In this document: piece by piece, positions 26,585-33,746 of the stretch | How the letters are laid out: each line of letters begins with the position of its first letter | Numbering within the stretch: the stretch's first letter is position 1 | Origin: an uncultured Spirochaetota bacterium | GTDB taxonomy: Bacteria; Spirochaetota; Spirochaetia; SZUA-6; Fen-1364 | Direction of reading: 5' to 3' | Assembly (NCBI GenBank): GCA_963781885.1 | Contig: CAWAHW010000004.1 | Span: 1 to 64,000 of the forward strand | Length of the DNA: 64,000 bases | Made by a program: the position numbers and the translations under genes | The notes under the pieces: model-generated | Seen by the model: the letters and a program-made list of their open reading frames with translations, nothing else | The model's database searches: none | Told to the model about the DNA's origin: nothing

Positions 26585-29509
26585 ATGTTGTTGATCGGTG
26601 AGGTCCCTCTCGTCGGCAGCCTCCAGGACATCAACCTGGAGCCGTATGATTCAACCACCAAGGTCAAGCTCAGCGACGCGGCTTATATCGGAAAAGCGGT
26701 CCTTGTGTCCTTCATCGACATTACGAACGGATGGGGCTGGCTCGATTCGATGAAGAGCATACGCACCAGCGCGTGCTTTCCGTCGTCCGGGGAGATGATA
26801 GCGGTCATCTTCAAGTATGGCGGCACGGTCCAGAAGCTGGACGTGATCAACAAGCTCGGCGCGGCCACCTATCCCTTCAAAATCCTCGTGGATGGAGCCT
26901 GGGGGGCCGGCTCGGTGGCGTATACCTACATGAACGGGTTCAAGAACGCGAACGACCCCTGCTTTTCGGGGACAGATGATTCCTGCGCCGGAAACACCCT
27001 CTGGTGCTATCTCGTGCAGCCCGATCATCGCATCGCGGACAAGTGGAACTTCAACTGCTGGAGCGACGCCACCCCGAGCAACAACGACCCGATCTCTTTC
27101 CGCAATCTTCCCGTGCATGCGGCGTTTCTCACGCTCTCCGGCTCACCAGGCACGGGGGCTCTTCAAATCGCGCTCTCGGGTATCGCCTCCAACCCGGGCG
27201 GCTCTCCCCTTTCCAGCGATTCGATGATCGTCTACCAGGGGCCCGCCAACAGCTATACGCCGAGCTTTTCCGGTCCCCGCGTGCTGTCCGTGATCCCGGC
27301 GGAAGGGTCGTCTCCGAGCCCTCTGTCGGCACTCCTGGTTGGATTCACGGATGCGGTGACGGGAGCAGCCGTTGCCGGCAACTACACCATCAGCGGTCCC
27401 GGCAAGGGGACGCTCGCCGTCGCCTCGGTGGAGTACGTCGATTCGGTCGCCTTCGACACGGTGAATCACACCCGGGCATTTTTCGACAGCAAGAACTTCC
27501 CCAACGCGGTGTTTTTCATCCGACAGCGCTTCATCCAGCTCTGTTGCGATCCGGCTGTCCTGTATGCCATTCCGGAGAAGGACCGCACCCTCTGCTCGTT
27601 GATGCAGATCAAGATCGTCTTCTCGAAGCCCATGGATCAAAGCACGATCGATGGCGTGCCGGGGAATTTCTCCACCAGCGTGCCGGGCTTGAATGTCTCT
27701 CTGGCCGCGTACAAGGACCGTGACCTGATTGAAAACCTCGCAACGCTGACGCTCAGCGGCGCGCTCGTCACCGGCAGCTTCACCGTGACCGCGGGCGCGG
27801 CGGTGAAAGCGCTGGGCTCCGTCGCCCTGGCGGGGACATCGAGCGTCCCTTACACGGCTGACGTGACGCCTCCGGCCACGCCAACGGTGACAGGCCCTGC
27901 CTGCACGAACATCAAGCGGCCCACCTGGACCTGGAACGCGGATCCAGACGTCGCGGGTTACCTCGTGAATCTGGACGGCACGGGATGGGTCACGTGGGCG
28001 TCGACCAGCTATACGCCAACGGCCGATCTGCCGGACGGGCCTCACACTCTGGCGGTGCAGGCGGAGGACGGTTGCGGCAACTGGTCCACGAGCGGCAGCG
28101 CAACGATCACCGTCAACACCCAGGCTCCGCCCGCGCCGACCATGCATTGTCCGGCAACGACGAACGTGAAAAGACCGACGTGGACGTGGGACACTGTGCC
28201 CGGCGCGGTCAAGTATCGCACAAGCACGAACGAGCAGACGTGGACCGAAACGACGGGGACCAGCTACACCCCCTCGAACGATCTGGCCGATGGGAGCTAT
28301 ACGCTGTACGTGGAGGCCGAAGACGCTTGCGGCAACTGGTCAGTCAGCGCCACCTGCACGACCATCGTGCATACGCAGGGGCCTTCCGCGCCCACCATGC
28401 ATTGCCCCTCCTGCACGAACGTGAAGAGACCGACGTGGACGTGGGACGCCGTCACTGGTGCGACCAAATATCACACCAGCACGGACGGGTCCCATTGGAC
28501 TGATACAACGGGAACCAGCTACACCCCCTCGAGCGACCTCCCTGACGGCACCTATACGCTCTACGTGCAGACGGGTGATGCCAGCGGCAACTGGTCCCAG
28601 AGCGCAAGCTGCACGATCACCGTCGACACGGTGGCTGCCCCCTGCACCGGTCGATGCATTGCCCCGCGACGAGCACTTCGAAGAGACCGACATGGACGTG
28701 GGACCCCGTGGTCGGCGCGGCCAAGTATCGTTCAAGCTTCACGAATGGCGCCCCTTGGACCGAGACAACAAATACGAGCTTCACGCCGACGTACGATCTC
28801 GGCGTCGGGACAAACACCCTCTACGTGCAGGCGGGCGACGCCTGCGGGAATTGGTCTCCCAGCGCCAGCTGTACCGTCCAAATTCCTTCCTCCTGCGGGG
28901 CGTGCATCAACGCAATTCCGTGCTTTCCGAAGATCTGCCCGGTTGCCATCGATCCCTGCACGCCGTTCATCTGTACCGGCTGTCTCAACAAGCTCTGCAC
29001 GCCAAAGATCTGCGCGGGCTGCCTCAACCAGGTCTGCCCGCCGAATCTCTGCATCAACTGCCTGCATATGCTCTGCCCACCCCAGATCTGCGGCAAATGC
29101 ATTTCCGATATCTGTCCTCCTGCCATGTGTGCCAAGTGCATCACGTCCATCTGTACTATTCCGTTGGGCGGCTGCGCCGCCGCTGATTTGTCCGGCCCCA
29201 TTAGGCGGCGGCTGCCCGCCCGCGATCTGTCCGGCCCCATTGGGCGGCGGTTGCCCGCCCGCGGTCTGTCCGGCCCCATTGGGCGGCGGCTGCGGCGGAT
29301 CCATAGGCTGTCCGGCCCTCGGTCCGGTCCCCATCGATCATTTCTCCCAGGTCATGCAGCTGGTGTTCGACCCGGCACGGACCGGCAGCCTCAAGGAACG
29401 GATGGCATTACAGGAGGTCCAGGTAATCGCCAAGGTGATGCCGAAAGGAATGTGGAAGGCCCTGTCCATGATGATTGCGCGCATCGCAAAAGGCAGATTC
29501 CGTGGCTGA
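26585..29509 (+). CDS. Large multidomain protein: redoxin-fold-like N-terminus, Ig-like domains, four 85-aa repeats, 28-Cys repeat array, helical tail (three +1 insertions to correct)
   Basis: Strong SD AAAGGAGGA. The true frame between ~28640 and 29175 is that of ORF 28654..29682, since it restores repeat 4 and the Cys array. The stop overlaps the rSAM start. Confidence 0.8.
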   Translation: MLLIGEVPLVGSLQDINLEPYDSTTKVKLSDAAYIGKAVLVSFIDITNGWGWLDSMKSIRTSACFPSSGEMIAVIFKYGGTVQKLDVINKLGAATYPFKILVDGAWGAGSVAYTYMNGFKNANDPCFSGTDDSCAGNTLWCYLVQPDHRIADKWNFNCWSDATPSNNDPISFRNLPVHAAFLTLSGSPGTGALQIALSGIASNPGGSPLSSDSMIVYQGPANSYTPSFSGPRVLSVIPAEGSSPSPLSALLVGFTDAVTGAAVAGNYTISGPGKGTLAVASVEYVDSVAFDTVNHTRAFFDSKNFPNAVFFIRQRFIQLCCDPAVLYAIPEKDRTLCSLMQIKIVFSKPMDQSTIDGVPGNFSTSVPGLNVSLAAYKDRDLIENLATLTLSGALVTGSFTVTAGAAVKALGSVALAGTSSVPYTADVTPPATPTVTGPACTNIKRPTWTWNADPDVAGYLVNLDGTGWVTWASTSYTPTADLPDGPHTLAVQAEDGCGNWSTSGSATITVNTQAPPAPTMHCPATTNVKRPTWTWDTVPGAVKYRTSTNEQTWTETTGTSYTPSNDLADGSYTLYVEAEDACGNWSVSATCTTIVHTQGPSAPTMHCPSCTNVKRPTWTWDAVTGATKYHTSTDGSHWTDTTGTSYTPSSDLPDGTYTLYVQTGDASGNWSQSASCTITVDTVAAPCTGRCIAPRRALRRDRHGRGTPWSARPSIVQASRMAPLGPRQQIRASRRRTISASGQTPSTCRRATPAGIGLPAPAVPSKFLPPAGRASTQFRAFRRSARLPSIPARRSSVPAVSTSSARQRSARAASTRSARRISASTACICSAHPRSAANAFPISVLLPCVPSASRPSVLFRWAAAPPLICPAPLGGGCPPAICPAPLGGGCPPAVCPAPLGGGCGGSIGCPALGPVPIDHFSQVMQLVFDPARTGSLKERMALQEVQVIAKVMPKGMWKALSMMIARIAKGRFRG
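27863..28884 (+). repeat. Four tandem 255-nt (85-aa) Ig/FN3-like repeats
   Basis: Consensus PxxPTMHCPxxTNVKRPTWTWD...WTxTTxTSYTPxxDLxDGxYTLYVxxxDxCGNWS...CT. Equivalent codons fall at 27887, 28142, 28397 and 28654 (periods 255, 255, 257). Confidence 0.9.
28957..29151 (+). repeat. Five 13-aa CxPxxCxxCxxxx repeats
   Basis: CTPFICTGCLNKL / CTPKICAGCLNQV / CPPNLCINCLHML / CPPQICGKCISDI / CPPAMCAKCITSI. Confidence 0.9.
29173..29290 (+). repeat. Three near-identical 39-nt repeats encoding CPPxxCPAPLGGG
   Basis: CPPLICPAPLGGG / CPPAICPAPLGGG / CPPAVCPAPLGGG; the first copy has one extra G at 29176. Confidence 0.9.
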
Positions 29510-30905
29510 GAACGCCATTGCGGAGGAGGGGGGGCGCGGACCCTCCCTCCATCCCTTCATCACCCTGCGCGACGAGCATTTCGGCGCGCTCGTCTTCAAC
29601 CCATACACCGGCGCGGAGCGTTCGTTCGCTGCTGCCGAAAGCGACGTCATCCGGAATCTCGACGGCCGCCGGGATCAGGTGACCCTCTCACGGATTATCG
29701 CCAGCCGGCATGGGTTCCCGCCCGACCAGGCAGCCGCGATCGTTGGGAACACATTGACCGCTCTCAGAGGCCTCCACGCTCTGGACGAGGAAGGCGGCGA
29801 TGCGGGACGACCTGCCCCCGCGGCGGCGCCGGCCTGTGGAGCGACGCCTGCCTGTGACGGGATCCTGTCGGCGCCGAAGAGCGCCATCTGGGAGCTGACG
29901 CGCGCCTGCAACCTTGAATGCGTCCATTGCCTCGCGCGCGGGGGGGAAGACGTCACGCGCGAGCTGGACCTGCCCCAGCTCCTGCGCATCGTCGACATCC
30001 TCGAGGAGGCCAGGGTCCTGAGGCTTTTTCTGTCCGGCGGCGAGCCTTTCGTTTCGCCGTGGATACTCCCCCTCATCGAGCGGCTCTCGGAGACGAACAT
30101 CTATTTCGATCTTGGGACGAACGGCTTTGACGTTCCGGAGGAGTTCTTCAGGAATCTCGACACCTACCGCCTGTTTCTGGTCCAGGTCAGCATCGACGGA
30201 ATCGGCGACCGCCACGATGCATTCCGCCGACGGAAAGGGGCGTTTGCCGCCGCGGCGCGAACCATCAGGCGCCTTTCGGAGGCGGGCGTCGACGTGACGA
30301 TCAGCACCACGGCGACGGCGGAGAACCTGGACCAGATCGAGGGCATTATCGACTTCGCTCTGCAGACGGGGTGCGCGGGCTTCAAGGCAATTGGTTTCGT
30401 CGCCGCCGGGCGGGGCAACGCCAACGCGTCCCGCTTGAAGCTGACCCGTGATCAGTACCGCGCGCTGGCGGCCCTTCTGGTGCGCAAGCAAGCTGAGCTT
30501 GCCGGCACGCTCAGCGTGGAGACGGGCACCACCATGAGCTTTCTCCTCGAGCCGCGCGCTCTCGACCCGGCACCCGCGCGCGAGGCCGGGCCGAAACGCC
30601 TCGGTTGCGCGGCCGGATCGGAGACGCTGTACATCGCGGCTGACGGCACGGCGTATCCCTGCCCCTTTTTCCGGGATTTCCCCCTTGGCAACTGCCTGCA
30701 GACGCCCCTGACGGAGATCTGGCGAAACGCGCCCTTTCTTACCTACTTGCGGACGCTCACGGACGCAAACGTTTCCGAGGAATGCCGGGCCTGCCCGCAT
30801 CTCGGCGCCGGCTGCAACGCAGGATGCCGCGCGTCGGCGTACCTGGCGAGCGGGGACCTGTGCGGGATGGACCCCTCGTGCTTCCGGGAGCGTGCGCCCG
30901 CATGA
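29502..30905 (+). CDS. Radical SAM/SPASM maturase with N-terminal RRE (PqqD/MftB-like) domain
   Basis: N-terminus LHPFITLRDEHFGALVFNP...IRNLDG; CNLECVHC; SGGEP; VQVSIDG; SPASM CAAG...YPCPF...CRACPHLGAGCNAGC...DPSC. GTG 29502 overlaps the upstream stop. Confidence 0.92.
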   Translation: MAENAIAEEGGRGPSLHPFITLRDEHFGALVFNPYTGAERSFAAAESDVIRNLDGRRDQVTLSRIIASRHGFPPDQAAAIVGNTLTALRGLHALDEEGGDAGRPAPAAAPACGATPACDGILSAPKSAIWELTRACNLECVHCLARGGEDVTRELDLPQLLRIVDILEEARVLRLFLSGGEPFVSPWILPLIERLSETNIYFDLGTNGFDVPEEFFRNLDTYRLFLVQVSIDGIGDRHDAFRRRKGAFAAAARTIRRLSEAGVDVTISTTATAENLDQIEGIIDFALQTGCAGFKAIGFVAAGRGNANASRLKLTRDQYRALAALLVRKQAELAGTLSVETGTTMSFLLEPRALDPAPAREAGPKRLGCAAGSETLYIAADGTAYPCPFFRDFPLGNCLQTPLTEIWRNAPFLTYLRTLTDANVSEECRACPHLGAGCNAGCRASAYLASGDLCGMDPSCFRERAPA

Positions 30906-30948
30906 GAAAGGTCGGCCCGGGCGCCGGGCGCGGTGCGCTGCGTCCGTG

Positions 30949-30977
30949 TTGACACGGGGGCTTCAAGTCGGTACCTT
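30949..30977 (+). promoter_or_regulatory. Sigma70 promoter of the DEAD-box helicase
   Basis: TTGACA-N17-TACCTT about 160 nt upstream of ATG 31138. Confidence 0.65.
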
Positions 30978-31137
30978 ATCAATGTCATCAGGATGTCGCA
31001 CGGCGGCATCTGACGTACGACGAACGAGTGTACAGGGCCCATCAAGTCCTCGCGTTGACCCCGCCCGGCGTGGCGCGCTACCGGTGGATTTCCACCGACA
31101 ATTCACTCCCACCTGCCGGATAGATCAAAGGATCTCA

Positions 31138-32385
31138 ATGACATTTTCCGACTTTTCCCTTTCTCCCGAGCTGGCCACGTCCGTGAGGCGCATGGGTTTC
31201 ACGCAGCCGACGCCCATCCAGTGTGAATCGATTCCCGCGGCGATGGCAGGACGCGACATCCTCGCGAGCGCCGAAACGGGCAGCGGCAAGACCGCCGCGT
31301 TCCTCCTGCCCATCATGCAGCACCTCCTCCCGATGCAGCGAGGCGCCACCCGCGCCCTGATACTCGCGCCGACGCGCGAGCTGGCCGCGCAGATCGCGGA
31401 GCATTTCCAGGTGCTCGCGGCGGGCACCCGTCTCACCTGCGCCGCGATCTACGGCGGCGTCGGCATGGGAAGCCAGGAGCGCGCGCTGCGCCGCGGCGTG
31501 GACGTGATCGTCGCCTGCCCGGGCCGTCTCCTGGACCACATGCGCGGCCCGCATGCGGATTTCTCCTCCCTCACGCACCTCGTGCTCGACGAGGCGGATC
31601 GCATGCTCGACATGGGCTTCCTGCCCGACATCCGCAAGGTGCTCGCGAAAATCCCCCGCAAGCGACAGACGCTCTTCTTCTCCGCCACCATGCCCTCCGC
31701 GATCGCGGAGCTTTCCCGGGAGCTGCTGGTGAATCCCGTGCGGATCAACATCGACCGCAAGCCGGCGCCTGCCTCCGGCGTCTCCCATGCGGTCTACCCC
31801 GTCTCCTCCGACCGCAAGTCCTGGCTCCTTCTCGCCCTGCTGGACCGGCAAATCACCGGCAGCGTGCTGGTCTTTACCCGGACAAAGCACCGGGCCAACC
31901 GCCTGGCGGAGTTCCTGGATGAGAACGGCGTGCGCTGCGCGCGCATCCACGGCAACCGCAGCCAGTCGCAGCGCACGGAAGCGCTCGCGGGATTCAAGAA
32001 GGGCAGCTTCAAGGTGCTCGTGGCAACCGACATCGCCGCGCGGGGCATCGACGTGGAAGCCCTGGGCTCCGTCGTGAACTTCGACGTGCCGCACCAGGCG
32101 GATGACTACATCCACCGCGTGGGCCGCACCGCGCGGGCGCATCTCACCGGGGACGCCTATACGCTCGTGTCCCCCGAGGAAGACAGGGATTTCGGCGCGA
32201 TCGAGCGCGCCCTGGGCAAGCGCCTTTCGCGGATGACCGTGGAAGGTTTCGACTACACCTCAAAGCCAACGGCGGCGCGTGCCGCCGGATCGGCGCAGCG
32301 GACTCCCGTGCAGCAGCCGCGGCGGAATGGCGCCGCGCATCGGTATGCGGCGCCGGGCAACAGGGATCCACGCAGGCGAAGGTAA
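31138..32385 (+). CDS. DEAD-box ATP-dependent RNA helicase (RhlE-like)
   Basis: Q motif PTPIQ, ETGSGKT, PTRELA, DEAD, SAT, ARGID, HRVGRTARA, basic tail. Confidence 0.95.
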   Translation: MTFSDFSLSPELATSVRRMGFTQPTPIQCESIPAAMAGRDILASAETGSGKTAAFLLPIMQHLLPMQRGATRALILAPTRELAAQIAEHFQVLAAGTRLTCAAIYGGVGMGSQERALRRGVDVIVACPGRLLDHMRGPHADFSSLTHLVLDEADRMLDMGFLPDIRKVLAKIPRKRQTLFFSATMPSAIAELSRELLVNPVRINIDRKPAPASGVSHAVYPVSSDRKSWLLLALLDRQITGSVLVFTRTKHRANRLAEFLDENGVRCARIHGNRSQSQRTEALAGFKKGSFKVLVATDIAARGIDVEALGSVVNFDVPHQADDYIHRVGRTARAHLTGDAYTLVSPEEDRDFGAIERALGKRLSRMTVEGFDYTSKPTAARAAGSAQRTPVQQPRRNGAAHRYAAPGNRDPRRRR

Positions 32386-32395
32386 AGGAGACAGA

Positions 32396-32887
32396 ATGAA
32401 AAGCGTTCATGAAGCGGTCGTCAAGGACATCGACGGAAAAGAGAGATCGCTCTCCGAGTTTGCGGGCAAGGTGCTTCTGATCGTGAATGTCGCGAGCAAG
32501 TGCGGCTTCACGCCCCAGTACAAGAATCTCCAGGCGCTGTACACGAAATTCGCACAGCGCGGCTTCGAGATCCTTGGATTTCCGTCCAATGATTTCGCAC
32601 ACCAGGAACCGGGCACCGAAGCGGAGATCAAGACATTCTGCAGCACCACCTACGGAGTCACCTTCCCGATGTTCGCGAAGATTTCCGTCAAGGGCAGGGA
32701 GATACACCCACTGTACGCGTTCCTGACGGAGAAGGCCACGAATCCGCAGTTCCCCGGCAAGATCACGTGGAACTTCAACAAGTTCGTCATCGATCGCAAG
32801 GGGGTCGTCGTGGCCCGGTTCGACTCCAAGGACGACCCGCTGGGCGACAAGATACCCCGGATGGTGGAGCTCACCCTCGACCGATAG
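32396..32887 (+). CDS. gpx: Glutathione peroxidase family protein (Cys type)
   Basis: NVASKCGFTPQY, GFPSNDFAHQEPG, WNFNKF; SD AAGGAG. Confidence 0.93.
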   Translation: MKSVHEAVVKDIDGKERSLSEFAGKVLLIVNVASKCGFTPQYKNLQALYTKFAQRGFEILGFPSNDFAHQEPGTEAEIKTFCSTTYGVTFPMFAKISVKGREIHPLYAFLTEKATNPQFPGKITWNFNKFVIDRKGVVVARFDSKDDPLGDKIPRMVELTLDR

Positions 32888-32927
32888 TGCCTTCCGTACC
32901 GCGGGGCATGGGGCCGTCGCGCACCGG

Positions 32928-32956
32928 TTGCTACACGGTGCGCCGGTTGCTATACT
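32928..32956 (+). promoter_or_regulatory. Sigma70 promoter of gpmA, predicting a leaderless mRNA
   Basis: TTGCTA-N17-TATACT with extended TGn; ATG begins 7 nt after the -10 hexamer; no SD. Confidence 0.65.
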
Positions 32957-32962
32957 GCGGTC

Positions 32963-33709
32963 ATGACACGGCTGGTATTGCTTCGGCATGGCGAAAGTGA
33001 GTGGAACAAGGAAAACCGGTTCACCGGGTGGACCGACGTCGACCTGTCGGACAAGGGCAGGAGCGAGGCGAAGAGCGCCGGTCAGAGACTGCGCGCCGAA
33101 GGGTACGTGTTCGACCTCGCCTTCACCTCCGTCCTGAAGCGCGCCATCCGCACGCTGTGGATCGCGCTCGACGAAATGGACCTCATGTGGATCAAGGTCC
33201 AGAACAGCTGGCGGCTGAACGAGCGCCACTACGGCGGGCTGCAGGGCTTGAACAAGGCGGAGACCGCGTCGAAGTACGGCGAGGAGCAGGTCCACATCTG
33301 GCGCCGCAGCTACGACGTGCCGCCCCCGCCGCTGGAGGCAAGCGATCCGCGGCATCCGTCCCGCGATCCCCGCTATCGCGACCTCGCGCCAAAGGACCTC
33401 CCGCTCACGGAATGCCTGAAGGATACCGTCGCGCGCGCCGTGCCCTACTGGCATGATGCCATTGCCCCGGCCCTCCGCGCGGGAAAAAAGCTCATCATCG
33501 CGGCGCATGGCAACAGCATCCGGGCGCTGGTGAAGATGCTCGATTCCATCTCCGATGCCGACATCGCCGGGCTGGACATTCCCACGGGCATTCCCTTGAT
33601 CTACGAGCTGGATGACGCGCTTGCGCCGATCAAGCACTACTACCTCGCCGACCAGGCGGAGCTGGAGAAGGCCGTGGCATCGGTCAAGAGCCAGGGCAAG
33701 GCAAAATAG
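32963..33709 (+). CDS. gpmA: 2,3-bisphosphoglycerate-dependent phosphoglycerate mutase
   Basis: [37 protein letters not shown]. Confidence 0.97.
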   Translation: MTRLVLLRHGESEWNKENRFTGWTDVDLSDKGRSEAKSAGQRLRAEGYVFDLAFTSVLKRAIRTLWIALDEMDLMWIKVQNSWRLNERHYGGLQGLNKAETASKYGEEQVHIWRRSYDVPPPPLEASDPRHPSRDPRYRDLAPKDLPLTECLKDTVARAVPYWHDAIAPALRAGKKLIIAAHGNSIRALVKMLDSISDADIAGLDIPTGIPLIYELDDALAPIKHYYLADQAELEKAVASVKSQGKAK

Positions 33710-33746
33710 CGGCCAAGAGCTTCCCCGAGGCTCCCGGGACACACCC

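Noticed and set aside
28957-29151. Multiheme cytochrome or ferredoxin motifs
   Set aside because: No CxxCH and no CxxCxxCxxxCP pattern; the spacing is Cx4Cx2Cx4. Metal binding remains possible but no known motif fits.
28640-29175. Arg/Ala/Ser-rich segment in the computed 974-aa ORF
   Set aside because: It is an out-of-frame reading between compensating insertions; the alternative frame restores repeat 4 and the Cys array.
29173-29290. 39-nt direct repeats as a mini CRISPR array
   Set aside because: The repeats are contiguous without spacers, vary mostly at codon third positions, and no cas genes are present.
29502-30905. Mycofactocin (MftB/MftC) or PQQ biosynthesis, suggested by LRDEHFGALVF and WELTRACNLECVHCL
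   Set aside because: No MftA (IDGMCGVY) or PqqA-type peptide and no mftDEF or pqqBC genes are visible; the resemblance reflects the shared RRE-SPASM architecture.
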